This document shows positions 18,712 through 28,750 of a stretch of DNA of 64,000 nt, piece by piece (the stretch's first letter is position 1; each line of letters starts with the position of its first letter). Below the pieces are notes generated by a model. It was given only the letters and a program-made list of their open reading frames with translations, ran no database searches and was not told the DNA's origin. Made by a program: the position numbers and the translations under genes. The stretch is from contig JBAZYS010000004.1 in NCBI GenBank assembly GCA_041659205.1, positions 587 through 64,586 of the forward strand, written 5' to 3'. This DNA comes from Minisyncoccota bacterium (lineage in GTDB: Bacteria > Patescibacteriota > Minisyncoccia > Phycocordibacterales > UBA9973).

Positions 18712-19386
18712 CTACATCTTGATCTTCATTCCGAAGGCGATGTGCGTCTTTTTGTCTGTCATGTTGATTGGTAATGATACTTGAACCACGGGAGAGAACA
18801 CCACGCTGCGGTGTTTGAATTCGACACTCGCTTCGTAACGAAACGTGAATCCGCGCTCTTCCTTGAAGATGCCGGAGTCGCGCATGATCCAGATGTTCTG
18901 GACGAACTCCGTGTTCTCGTGGAATGCCCAGTTGTCGCTGAGCCCCGCACGAAGGAACGTCCCCGAATCACCAGTTGAATTTGTCGGCAGTATTGCGCTA
19001 CCCGCCACATACAACTCCAGAGAATGGTTTCCTTTCTTGAAGGGGTAAGTACATCGAAGGTCAACCTGCACGAGATTGGAGGAGCTGCCGCCAGCATGAG
19101 CGTAATATCCCACGTCCATGCTGAAGTTCTTGCTCTCCCAGCCGACGAGGTAATCAAGCTCTCGTCCTCCTTCAGTACCTGTTGACCCCCAGAGGCCGAT
19201 ATGGAAACCAAGGGGAAGACTCCTCCTCACCGACGTATACACAATCGGTTTGTCGTATGGCTGGTCTCCGTTTTCCACGACATACGAGGAAAAGCTTCCA
19301 AGCGTCACTGTCGTCTGCGCTCCAAGTGGAAGCGACGCCAGAACTGCAAGTAGTGCGATGAGCATTGCGTGAGTGATCATCCTCAT
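18712..19386 (-). CDS. GC-rich secreted beta-barrel-like protein (TorF/Gcw_chp-like)
   Basis: Signal peptide ending LGA-Q; alternating strands GFHIGLWGS, ELDYLVGW, DVGYY; C-terminal AFGMKIKM; AAGGAAGG SD. Confidence 0.6.
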   Translation of the reverse strand: MRMITHAMLIALLAVLASLPLGAQTTVTLGSFSSYVVENGDQPYDKPIVYTSVRRSLPLGFHIGLWGSTGTEGGRELDYLVGWESKNFSMDVGYYAHAGGSSSNLVQVDLRCTYPFKKGNHSLELYVAGSAILPTNSTGDSGTFLRAGLSDNWAFHENTEFVQNIWIMRDSGIFKEERGFTFRYEASVEFKHRSVVFSPVVQVSLPINMTDKKTHIAFGMKIKM

Positions 19387-19571
19387 TTCGTGCCTTCCTT
19401 TCTGTTGGGTGGAATTGTGGTTGGAAAAACTTCAAAGTGAGCTAGGATCTTTTTGTTACAAGTATTTAAGGTGCTTAATCCTCTTTAGCAATAACATATT
19501 TATACAAAAAAGTCAATATCAAGTTGATAAATAATGTTTTTTAAGGTATTCTGTAGAAGTTTTAAGAATAT

Positions 19572-19645
19572 TGGGAGATCGTCTAACGGTAGGACAGAGG
19601 CCTTTGAAGCCTTTAATCTAGGTTCGATTCCTAGTCTCCCAGCCA
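19572..19645 (+). tRNA. tRNA-Gln(TTG), CCA encoded
   Basis: TGGGAGA/TCTCCCA acceptor stem, GAGGC-CTTTGAA-GCCTT anticodon arm, GGTTCGATTCC. Confidence 0.95.
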
Positions 19646-19733
19646 AGTCGTGATAGGTTATCTCGCACGAGATGCGTAGAAACCAAACGATGCACTATTC
19701 AGTCAAAGCATACCTGCTGAGAGCAGTATTCAG

Positions 19734-19767
19734 AACAAAAAAACACCCTAATCGGTGTTTTTTTGTT
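19734..19767. terminator. Bidirectional terminator downstream of tRNA-Gln
   Basis: AACAAAAAAACACC-CTAATC-GGTGTTTTTTTGTT. Confidence 0.75.
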
Positions 19768-19819
19768 TGGTCTGATTTATCTTTCGGAGAAACTCTGTAT
19801 ATGCTATATTAGATTTAAT

Positions 19820-21853
19820 ATGGATGAATTTTTGGCTAACCTTTTACCTGGAAATTATTGGATAACAAAATCCATGGAATTTTCAAAGACCAATACCAGT
19901 GGCACTCTATGGTATCTTAAAAAATGGTTTGTTTACTATTACTATATTTTCTTTAAAAAAACGATACACGAGAATGATTATTTAGAAATAATAGAAATTT
20001 TTGATAAATTTATAATATCGCTAGATTCACGTGTCCAGGATAAAGCCAGGGGATTTTTTTATGAAATAGATATAAGGGCAAATTTTACAAGAATGAATGC
20101 TTTTTGTGACACCAGCGGAACTGTCTTCCCATCAGCTCGAGAAGAAGCCCAATCCATGGTTGAAGCTAAAAAGTTTTATTTTATGTATGTTATGGGCATA
20201 GGAGGACAAAGTGGTTATAAAAAAGAAATATTAGAACTTATCCAAGCTGGCACCTCATACACTGAGATAAAAAAAGTTATGGTAGAAAAAATGGAAAGTG
20301 ATGGAATACAATCGAACGATATAAAAATTCAATTTTCAGATTTTCCCGCCGCTATTCGCAATGAGAGACAAATATTTTTTTACTATGGGTTATTTCATGG
20401 TAGCGACAAGAAAGATTTGTCTGGTTTCTATACTATGACTCGACTAGGTAGATCAATAATATCTGCAACATTCTATGAATTAATAATTATATGGGAACAT
20501 CAAAAATTAAAGATGATATCCCAAAATCCAGATACGAAAATTGATTTAGGTAGCCATACCGTTAATACAAATTTGAATTATCCTGCTTTTGGTATCCATT
20601 ACCATCCATATGTAGCACTGTTAAAGACTCTAACAAACTTACAAACAACCAGTAAAGAAATCTATCAATTTTATATTGCTAGACTAAAAAATTCTCACGA
20701 TTTGAATGTTCTTTCGGAAAAAGTTAAGACCACACCTGCAGCGATAGAAGATATAAAAACAAAAATTGCATCTTTTAACAGAAAGGGAGATTTAGCAACG
20801 GAAGATTTTCATAAAGAATTTAAAAAATATGTCTTGGGGATTAGTAGTCTACCTTTAGATAATAATACTAATTTGTTCTCTTTTCTTTCTGAAGATGGAC
20901 TTGAGGTTGAGGATAATCCAAAAATTAGTTTTGTAATTAAATGCTACGACATAATTGCTAAATACTTAGATTTAAAAAATTCAGATAACTATAAAAACTT
21001 TGAAGGTAGTTTAAGACAATATTATCTTGCGCAAGTTAATAAAACTCCTTTCGAATATGACCCAGAAATAACATATGAATGGCATAAATATATAATATCT
21101 CCCGAGACTGCAATTATTTTAAGTGTTATCTACATATACTGCGCGCTAAAAAATAATAAATATGGTTTTGATTTAAGTGAAGCAGAAATTAAAGCCAACT
21201 ATAAGGAATTCAAAAACCTTTTGGAAATCACGGGTATTGGTAAGCAAAGTGATTTTATAGAAAACATACAACGAATTCAATCAGAACTCTCAGAAGGATC
21301 ATTGATGATGGCTTACGATACAGAGGAAGAGGAAATTCCTACTGTGTTTGATGAACTGGTTGATGAAAGCAAACTTGCTGAAATTTCAAAACGTACTAGT
21401 GCATTTAATGTTACCAGAAAAAGAAGTTCTGAAGTCATAAATGCTGTCAGAAGTTATTATCGAAAAAACTTTGAGCTTCCACCGGATAATCTTATTAAGT
21501 GTGATGCTTGTAGTGAGAAAACTTTTATGACAAAAGGTCAGTATGCTTATCTGGAATTTCATCATTTCATTCCTTTCTCTACTGATAATGGTCCGGATCA
21601 TTATCTAAATTTAGTTGGAATCTGTCCAATTTGTCACCGAAAATTCCATCATGCCACTAAAGATGTTAGGAAGGCTCTTTATGAAAACCTGTCAACAAAC
21701 AATAATATGAGAAAAACTCTAGATTTTCGTGTAAATAAATTATACGAGGAACGTGTACTCGAGCCATTAAATATTGAATTTCTCAGAAAGGAAAATATCA
21801 TCTCAAGGGAGAAATACGAAACTTACATGAATCAAGAAATTGTTGTTAGTTAA
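19820..21853 (+). CDS. Large HNH endonuclease, putative restriction enzyme
   Basis: C-terminal CDAC...LEFHHFIP...NLVGICPICHRKFH; convergent with the MTase genes. Confidence 0.8.
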   Translation: MDEFLANLLPGNYWITKSMEFSKTNTSGTLWYLKKWFVYYYYIFFKKTIHENDYLEIIEIFDKFIISLDSRVQDKARGFFYEIDIRANFTRMNAFCDTSGTVFPSAREEAQSMVEAKKFYFMYVMGIGGQSGYKKEILELIQAGTSYTEIKKVMVEKMESDGIQSNDIKIQFSDFPAAIRNERQIFFYYGLFHGSDKKDLSGFYTMTRLGRSIISATFYELIIIWEHQKLKMISQNPDTKIDLGSHTVNTNLNYPAFGIHYHPYVALLKTLTNLQTTSKEIYQFYIARLKNSHDLNVLSEKVKTTPAAIEDIKTKIASFNRKGDLATEDFHKEFKKYVLGISSLPLDNNTNLFSFLSEDGLEVEDNPKISFVIKCYDIIAKYLDLKNSDNYKNFEGSLRQYYLAQVNKTPFEYDPEITYEWHKYIISPETAIILSVIYIYCALKNNKYGFDLSEAEIKANYKEFKNLLEITGIGKQSDFIENIQRIQSELSEGSLMMAYDTEEEEIPTVFDELVDESKLAEISKRTSAFNVTRKRSSEVINAVRSYYRKNFELPPDNLIKCDACSEKTFMTKGQYAYLEFHHFIPFSTDNGPDHYLNLVGICPICHRKFHHATKDVRKALYENLSTNNNMRKTLDFRVNKLYEERVLEPLNIEFLRKENIISREKYETYMNQEIVVS

Positions 21854-22589
21854 CTATTTTTATTTTTAAGTCTTTTGGCTTTGTTTCTATTGTAGTTTTT
21901 ATATAGGCTGGATTTATTTCATACCCTATGCAATTTCTTCCAGTTTTATAAGATGCAAAAAGAGTAGACCCTGATCCTAAAAATGGATCTAAAACCATGT
22001 CACCTTTTTTAGTAAAAAGATTGATACCTCGTTCGGCTAATGCAACAGGATAAAAAGCAGGATGAGGATGTTTTGATAAAATTGATCCGGCATTTTTTAC
22101 TATATGCCAAGAATTTATATCTTTTAACTGATCATTTTTGTAGTCATTATAGGTGTAATCTTTATTTAGTATAAGTTTTCCTTTTGAGGCAATAATAATA
22201 TATTCAAAACGATCTGTGAGTTTACTTTTTTGAGTTGGAACACCACTAGATTTATGCCAAATATTCATTTTGAAATTTTTAAACCCAATTTTTTTAAGTT
22301 GTTCGTAAAAATCAATATGTATAGGGTAATAATGATTCTGCACCGTTCTAGAGTTTATATTTATTGCAATAACTCCGTCTTTCTCTAAGACTCTAAAACA
22401 TTCTTTCCAAACCTTATTTAAATCATCAAGATATTTATTATAGGTTTGTTTATACCCAATTTGATCTTTAATTTCATAATCTTTTAAATCCCAATATGGA
22501 GGCGAAGTGAACACCAATTTAACAGAATGGTCCTTTAAATTAGACATTTTTAAACAAGATTTATTATATATGGTGTAGTTCTCCTTCAT
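21846..22589 (-). CDS. Beta-class amino (likely N4-C) DNA methyltransferase
   Basis: TSPPY, HPAFYP, DPFLGSGST. Confidence 0.92.
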   Translation of the reverse strand: MKENYTIYNKSCLKMSNLKDHSVKLVFTSPPYWDLKDYEIKDQIGYKQTYNKYLDDLNKVWKECFRVLEKDGVIAININSRTVQNHYYPIHIDFYEQLKKIGFKNFKMNIWHKSSGVPTQKSKLTDRFEYIIIASKGKLILNKDYTYNDYKNDQLKDINSWHIVKNAGSILSKHPHPAFYPVALAERGINLFTKKGDMVLDPFLGSGSTLFASYKTGRNCIGYEINPAYIKTTIETKPKDLKIKIVN

Positions 22590-23142
22590 CGATTTTTTTA
22601 AAATTATTACTGATACAAAGTAGTGTGTATTTTTTGTTTTTTATAGATGACAATTTAATTCTTTTTAATAATTCTTCTGGTGTTAAAATCTCATGCCCTA
22701 TAGTATTAGCTTTCCCATCATCAATTATTTTGATCCAAACAGTTCCTGGGTCCTTGCCTAATATGTTGTAATTCTTTGCTCGTTTACCCCATTCTACATC
22801 TTTCCATATATGTTTTTCTCTTATAGGATCCTTATTGAAAAAGTAATTTTCACCTAAATAAGCTCCAATTATAATATATATCTCTTTTGTTGGGGTTTTC
22901 TTATCTAACGTAAACGGATATATCCACGAAATTCTAAAGGCATGTTTAAAATATTTATTTATGAACGGCTCGAAAGTGAAGATATCTGAAGATTTCATAA
23001 TAAACCAAAATAAAGAATCTGGTGAAAAATTATAGTCCAGTTCTTTTGGATTTATGAATTTTTTTGAATTAGTTAAATCAATAACAGCAGATCCTATTAT
23101 TTTTTTATTTTCTTTTATCTTTTTCATCTTTGACATCATCAA
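22564..23142 (-). CDS. Degenerate methyltransferase-like protein lacking catalytic motifs
   Basis: YFFNKDPIR, GKDPGTVW and PEELLKRIKLSS echo the upstream MTase; no SPPY or FxGxG. Confidence 0.6.
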   Translation of the reverse strand: MMMSKMKKIKENKKIIGSAVIDLTNSKKFINPKELDYNFSPDSLFWFIMKSSDIFTFEPFINKYFKHAFRISWIYPFTLDKKTPTKEIYIIIGAYLGENYFFNKDPIREKHIWKDVEWGKRAKNYNILGKDPGTVWIKIIDDGKANTIGHEILTPEELLKRIKLSSIKNKKYTLLCISNNFKKIDEGELHHI

Positions 23143-23998
23143 TTCTTTTCTGAGACACCTTACAATAATCTAAGTCAAGATCTATACCAATGAAATTTCT
23201 TTTTAATTCTCTACTAACTTTTGCAGTTGTTCCACTGCCTAAGAAGATATCTACCACCATATCTCCCTTATTTGATGAAGCTTTAATTATTCTCTCGATT
23301 AATTTTTCTGGGAATTGGCATGGGTGAATAGTTTTTTCGTTGCTAACATTAACAACTCTATCAATATACAAGAAATTATCACTTAGATCAGACTGACTTC
23401 TTTCATTGTCTTTTTTAACTTGTTCAATAAAATATTTTATTTCTTCTGGTTTTAAATCTTTACTTTTAAATTCCCAAACATCTGTTGGGTTTTTACCTTT
23501 TGGATTTACTCTTGGATCATTTTGCCACTTTGCTGGAATACGAATATCATCTAAATTAAATTTGTAATTGTCTTTATCTTTTACAAACCAAAGTATGTTT
23601 TCATATCTACCTGATAATCTGTTTTTGGTATTAATTCCACCTTCAAAATGCCAAATTATCCAATTTTTTAAATAAAATCCTGCATCTTTAAAAATCTTGT
23701 AATAAATTGCTCCTAATGGAATTATTTCATTATCAAGTGGTGTTTGTGCGACATTCCAAAAGACTGAGCCGTTTGATGCCAATTTATCATAGAGTAAATT
23801 TACTGTTTTCGTATGATATTCAAGATAGTCTGCAAAAGATTTATCTATTTCGTATTTTTTACCTACGAAGTACCCAGGACTTGTAACCATTAAATCAATA
23901 GAATTATCATTAAAATCAGCAAGGGCTAAATTTGTATCACTATTAATTATATAATCTTTTTTACCTTTTATATATTTTTTTGTTATTGAAGTTTTCAT
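23105..23998 (-). CDS. Beta-class DNA methyltransferase (M.BglII-like)
   Basis: TSPGY, IIWHF..G, SGRYENILWF, GKNPTDVW, HPCQFP, DIFLGSGTT. Confidence 0.9.
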   Translation of the reverse strand: MKTSITKKYIKGKKDYIINSDTNLALADFNDNSIDLMVTSPGYFVGKKYEIDKSFADYLEYHTKTVNLLYDKLASNGSVFWNVAQTPLDNEIIPLGAIYYKIFKDAGFYLKNWIIWHFEGGINTKNRLSGRYENILWFVKDKDNYKFNLDDIRIPAKWQNDPRVNPKGKNPTDVWEFKSKDLKPEEIKYFIEQVKKDNERSQSDLSDNFLYIDRVVNVSNEKTIHPCQFPEKLIERIIKASSNKGDMVVDIFLGSGTTAKVSRELKRNFIGIDLDLDYCKVSQKRIDDVKDEKDKRK

Positions 23999-24095
23999 CT
24001 GTTGCCTGTTAGTATATATAATACATTAATTTACTAGCATTTCCTATCTTTACAAAACTGTCTTTTTGTATGAAATAATACATAATGTCATTTTT

Positions 24096-25415
24096 CTATA
24101 ATAATCCAATCTCCTTATCTTTTAATACTATTTTACTCTTTAGACATCCTAGCAATTCACGTTTTTCAACACCTTGCCCCTCTTTCAATATGTACTTTGC
24201 ATAATTTCGTATATCGATATCTTTAACCTCAATTTTATCTTTGATTCCAAGAACTGATCTTTGAAACTTTTTTATCCTTTCAACTTCTGTTTTAATTTTT
24301 TCTTTTATACCTATTTCATTAATATCTATTTTTTCTATCAATTCTTCAAACTGCTTAACTAGATCAATTTCATTAATATAGCCACATTTGCAATCTCTAT
24401 CTTTAGATTTGTTGCAACCATAATAAACATGTCGGTGTACATTACCATTCTTTTGTTTCTTAAACTTTTCATCTGGGGTTATGCCTGATCCACATAGTCC
24501 ACAAGTCATTAACTTGGTGAAAGCAAATTCCTTACCCTCTGACCTAACAAACTGACTTTTGATTTGTGCTTGTACTTCATTAAACAATTCCTTAGTTATG
24601 ATTGGTTCATGTTTTCCTGTGTACCAGTTACCACTTTTAACTGGATACTCAAATACTCCATAATAGAAGTGGTTTTGAAGAATCATATAAATATTACCTA
24701 AACTTAGATTTTTGTTTCCACTAGCAGTTTTGAAATTTAGATCAAACTTAAGCCATTGATATATCTTTCTTCCACTCCATTTTTCATAAGCAACTTTTTC
24801 AAACATCTTTTTAATAATAGGTGCTCTATCAGGATCAATAATAGCCTGACACTTTCTATCAACTCTTTTTTCTTTTAAATAGCCGGTAGGAGCAGGTCCA
24901 GGCCATAATCCCATCTCCACTCTTGTTCTTAGACCTCGTTTAACATTGATACTTTTATTATCGTTTTCTAATTTTGCTTGAGAACATAAAATCATTAAAA
25001 GAAATTTTTCACTTGGTGTGTTTGTGAATGATTGTCCGAAAGTTCTTATCTCAACTAATAATTTCTGATCCATTAGATCAACTATTGATCCTAAATCACC
25101 AGCATTTCTTGAAAGACGATCAGGATGCCACACAAGTATTCCATTAAATCTTTCTCTTTTTATATCTTCCAATATCTCTTTATATACTGGTCGCTGTCCT
25201 GAATCTTTAGCTGAATGTGCCTCTCTTCTAACATCTACGATGTTAAGATTTTCTCTATCTGCTATAGCCAACATTTCTTTAACCTGAGAATCAATTGAAA
25301 GAGCTTGTTTCTCATCTGATTCAGTTGACTTTCTAGCATATAAAACATAATTAATTTTTACTGTCGGAATAATAGCTCTTGTGCCAATTAGTCCAAAATT
25401 TGTTTGTGTCTCCAT
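24096..25415 (-). CDS. Large serine recombinase
   Basis: YARKST catalytic Ser, DRLSRN, recombinase domain, CGLCG...YYGC Zn ribbon. Confidence 0.93.
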   Translation of the reverse strand: METQTNFGLIGTRAIIPTVKINYVLYARKSTESDEKQALSIDSQVKEMLAIADRENLNIVDVRREAHSAKDSGQRPVYKEILEDIKRERFNGILVWHPDRLSRNAGDLGSIVDLMDQKLLVEIRTFGQSFTNTPSEKFLLMILCSQAKLENDNKSINVKRGLRTRVEMGLWPGPAPTGYLKEKRVDRKCQAIIDPDRAPIIKKMFEKVAYEKWSGRKIYQWLKFDLNFKTASGNKNLSLGNIYMILQNHFYYGVFEYPVKSGNWYTGKHEPIITKELFNEVQAQIKSQFVRSEGKEFAFTKLMTCGLCGSGITPDEKFKKQKNGNVHRHVYYGCNKSKDRDCKCGYINEIDLVKQFEELIEKIDINEIGIKEKIKTEVERIKKFQRSVLGIKDKIEVKDIDIRNYAKYILKEGQGVEKRELLGCLKSKIVLKDKEIGLL

Positions 25416-25614
25416 ACCTCATGATGTCAGAGAAAGGGTCTTTTGCTAAGACTCGCTTGTTGGCAACTTGTTGGTAACTTTCCTCTGTGATTTAAAGGTT
25501 CTGCGATAGGATGGGCTTGGAATAATAGGGTCGAAAGTGGTATTATTCATTTACAAGTAAATAAGTAGTAGCCTAAACCTTTGGAAACAAAGGCATGGCG
25601 AAGAAGTCGATCAA

Positions 25615-25710
25615 GCGTAAAGAACCTATCATATAGGGTCGCTTGATCGCCATATTGGGAAACCAGTATGAGTACCGCAAGGTACTACCTATGTGGTAGG
25701 CTTTTTGCGT
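25615..25710 (+). ncRNA. C4-like antisense RNA
   Basis: 23-bp closing stem with 5 G-U pairs, two GNRA-capped hairpins, and an unpaired segment complementary to both upstream and downstream sites. Confidence 0.7.
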
Positions 25711-25753
25711 CTTACCCTAGGATTTTATAAATAAAACGCAACAAAAAAATACC

Positions 25754-26233
25754 ATGAGCGATCAAGCTGGTAAAAAATTGTGTCCGCATTGCAAGCAGGA
25801 AGTAGATATAAAAGCGAGTCGATGTCCACATTGTCAGGGGAAGATATATGTTTGGACATGGAGTAAAAAGTTAATAGCAGGATTTATTGTCTTTATATTC
25901 TTAAGTGTCATTTTCTCTAGCGGATCAAGTAGATCAAGTACCCCTGTTACTACTCAACAAGGTCCTAGTAATGTAGAAGTATGTGTTGAATCAGAACATA
26001 TCCTTGAAGGATTTTTGAAATCACCATCAACTGCAAAATATCCAACATGTAATAGCATTACTATCGAAAGATTAGCCAATGATCAATTCAATGTCAGATC
26101 ATATGTTGACTCTCAAAATGGATTCGGGGCTATGGTGAGAAGTAACTGGTCAGTTAAGTATCATTACACAGACAGTGGAACACGAACACAATTAGATTCA
26201 GTTGTAATTGATGGGAAAGAAATGTATAAGTAA
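25754..26233 (+). CDS. Zinc-ribbon, single-TM protein
   Basis: CPHC...CPHC, a TM helix, then PSTAKY...VDSQNGFGAMVR. Confidence 0.8.
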   Translation: MSDQAGKKLCPHCKQEVDIKASRCPHCQGKIYVWTWSKKLIAGFIVFIFLSVIFSSGSSRSSTPVTTQQGPSNVEVCVESEHILEGFLKSPSTAKYPTCNSITIERLANDQFNVRSYVDSQNGFGAMVRSNWSVKYHYTDSGTRTQLDSVVIDGKEMYK

Positions 26234-26235
26234 AT

Positions 26236-26676
26236 TTATTTCTTTTTCTTTTTGGTTGGTTTAACATCTTTCTGTTTTTCTTCATTGGCAGGTTTCTTAA
26301 ACCATTTATCTTGGAATTTTTTTAGCCTTTCTGCTCCAAGTTTTACCTTACGATCATATTCTTCTTTTGTCTCGCGTTCATTATGTATATGAATATGAGG
26401 TCTTCTAAATTCAGGATGCCTACAGGCTAACCAAAACTTGGTATAACCAGGATCCTTATTTTGGATTCCACCAAGCACATTACTCTCCGCAAAATCATTG
26501 ACTAAACGGATACCCATTCCCATGGCTTCTTCAACAAGCCCCCTAAATTCAAAGTCTTCATTCATCCAACGATAGAAAGTATTTCTAGATATACCAACCT
26601 TTTCGCATACGACAGAAATTATTGGAGTCTTCTCTAATTCCTCTATGAATTTTTTCTTTACACTAGCGTTCTTCAT
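26236..26676 (-). CDS. phBC6A51-like HTH protein (terminase-small-like)
   Basis: CEKVGISRNTFYRW...DFEF helix-turn-helix. Confidence 0.65.
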   Translation of the reverse strand: MKNASVKKKFIEELEKTPIISVVCEKVGISRNTFYRWMNEDFEFRGLVEEAMGMGIRLVNDFAESNVLGGIQNKDPGYTKFWLACRHPEFRRPHIHIHNERETKEEYDRKVKLGAERLKKFQDKWFKKPANEEKQKDVKPTKKKKK

Positions 26677-27931
26677 AGTGTTCTATGATCGCTTTGCGAC
26701 CTGTTAGTTTCTCGTATCTGTGGATGATTAAGTCGCAAAATTGTGGTTCTAGTTCACATCCATATACTCTTCGACTAAGAGCTTCTCCTGCGATAATAGT
26801 GCTACCTGATCCCAAGAAACTATCTAAGATTATGTCATCAACCTTGGTGCATCTTTTGATAGCTTTTTCGTAAAGTTGTGGAGGCTTGCTGGTCGCATGT
26901 GTATATTCTTTGGCTGGGAGTCGCTTAACTGCCCATATGTCCGATATTTGCTCAAGTAGATTATTCCCCGTACCCATTTCTTTGTTCATCACTTCGTTTA
27001 GATTTGTAACTGTTTCGGCTAAGTATGGTTTACCACGAATACCATACACTGCCGGTTCGTAATTTTTATTGAACGCTACAGAAGGTACGGGATTTTGCGA
27101 ATTTTTTAGCCAAATTGCCACTCGCTTATTGTTAATGCCGAGCGAACGATAAATGTCTTGGACTACACCGATATAAATTTGATCGCAAAAATAAAACACG
27201 TGAGTGTCGCTATGTGATACTGCAAGTGCACATTCAAGACTATCCTTTAAGAATTTTTTATATTCCTCAAACGTACGATGATCATTTACTTGACCACCAT
27301 ATGATTGATTTCCACCCAAACCACTATCATAATTTACATCCAGATTATACACGGAGTCGCTAAAAATCATTGATGCTTTTTCTTGTCCAAGTAATCGTTT
27401 TAGATTTTCTTGTTTTGTGGAATCTCCACACAATAACCTATGCTTGCCCAAAACTATAATATCGCCAAGCTTTGTTATTGGTTTCTTAATTTTCTTTAAT
27501 TCTTTTTCGATTTCAAAATTATCATCAATGACTTCTTTTTCCTTATCCCAAATTTTTGTGAGATTGATTTCATCAAACCCAGAATCAATGAGAACATCAA
27601 ACTTAAATGATTTTAGGGACTGGAAATCCCATTCGCCATCATTCAAGTTGCTTTCTAGAGCTATTTTTGTTCTTTCATCTTTTGTGAGGCTACGACTTGG
27701 CACTAAAACATTTACTTTTTTTACTCCAAGTTGCTGAAGAACAACTTTTCGCTGATTTCCAGAGAGTATCGTATTATCTGTATCAATCACGATTACATCA
27801 TGAAAACCACGTTGTATTATTCTTTCTTTCAACTTTTCTAAACCCAACTTTGTTATCTTTCTTGGATTGTCTTTCCAGACTAATAAATTTTCGACATCCC
27901 TCACTTCTGTAAACCATTGTAATTTTTGCAT
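26663..27931 (-). CDS. ParB-N + DNA methyltransferase fusion (phage type)
   Basis: NPRKI, SGNQR, HRLLCGDST, HATSKP, DSFLGSGST; motif IV reads DSVY. Confidence 0.88.
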   Translation of the reverse strand: MQKLQWFTEVRDVENLLVWKDNPRKITKLGLEKLKERIIQRGFHDVIVIDTDNTILSGNQRKVVLQQLGVKKVNVLVPSRSLTKDERTKIALESNLNDGEWDFQSLKSFKFDVLIDSGFDEINLTKIWDKEKEVIDDNFEIEKELKKIKKPITKLGDIIVLGKHRLLCGDSTKQENLKRLLGQEKASMIFSDSVYNLDVNYDSGLGGNQSYGGQVNDHRTFEEYKKFLKDSLECALAVSHSDTHVFYFCDQIYIGVVQDIYRSLGINNKRVAIWLKNSQNPVPSVAFNKNYEPAVYGIRGKPYLAETVTNLNEVMNKEMGTGNNLLEQISDIWAVKRLPAKEYTHATSKPPQLYEKAIKRCTKVDDIILDSFLGSGSTIIAGEALSRRVYGCELEPQFCDLIIHRYEKLTGRKAIIEHYEER

Positions 27932-28243
27932 AGATTTTTTCTATAAAAAGTTACTTAATAATTTTCCATAATTTTTAAGATTCTCTCGACAGAAAATCTA
28001 TGCTTGTTACCAGGGATTTATCTAGTTACCCGCTAAAACTTTATCAAATAAGTGCACAACTATGTGTTGTCTATGAATAGAAAAAAGAAGATCTCCGTAA
28101 AAACCCTTATATTAATAAGGGTAAATTTGTAATATAGAAAAATATTTTAAATTTATATTTTTTAGAAAGGCTGGCAGTGAGGGTATGCCAAAAATAGTGG
28201 ATACAATTTACTGGTCCGCTTTATAAAAATATTATTAGTTAGG

Positions 28244-28744
28244 TTAACAAGTAAACAAATTAAGATTTATTAAACGAAAAGTCATAGCTTTTTCACTAAC
28301 TTTATACATATCACATAGTGTCTTTATTTCTTTTTCTGAAATACCATGAGAGTTAAGTTTTTTTACATCTTCTTCTAAGAATTTTTTGGGCATTAAAAGA
28401 GCGGCAGCAAATTGATCTGCTTCAGTTTCTTTAAAATTTTTAATATCATTTTCTTTTAATTCCTTTCTGTAATCGACAAAAGTGTCGTCTTGTTGATGAA
28501 GGAAAAAATGTCCCAATTCATGAGCAATGCTAAATCTTTGTCTAACAGGTGCCTCATTATTGTTTATTCCAATTAGTGCATGTCCATCCTTTCTGATAAG
28601 CATTCCAGAGAATTCCTTACTTGGAGCACGGCTAATTTTAATCTTTTGAGCAATTGCAATTTCTTCTATTGGGACAGGTCTACTTTTAATATTTAAAGTA
28701 TCTAAAATCTCTTGTGTTTTTATTTCAATTTTCTGTGTGATCAT
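28244..28744 (-). CDS. ImmA/IrrE-family Zn metallopeptidase
   Basis: RQRFSIAHELGH and E..ADQFAAALLMP. Confidence 0.92.
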   Translation of the reverse strand: MITQKIEIKTQEILDTLNIKSRPVPIEEIAIAQKIKISRAPSKEFSGMLIRKDGHALIGINNNEAPVRQRFSIAHELGHFFLHQQDDTFVDYRKELKENDIKNFKETEADQFAAALLMPKKFLEEDVKKLNSHGISEKEIKTLCDMYKVSEKAMTFRLINLNLFTC

Positions 28745-28750
28745 GATATA

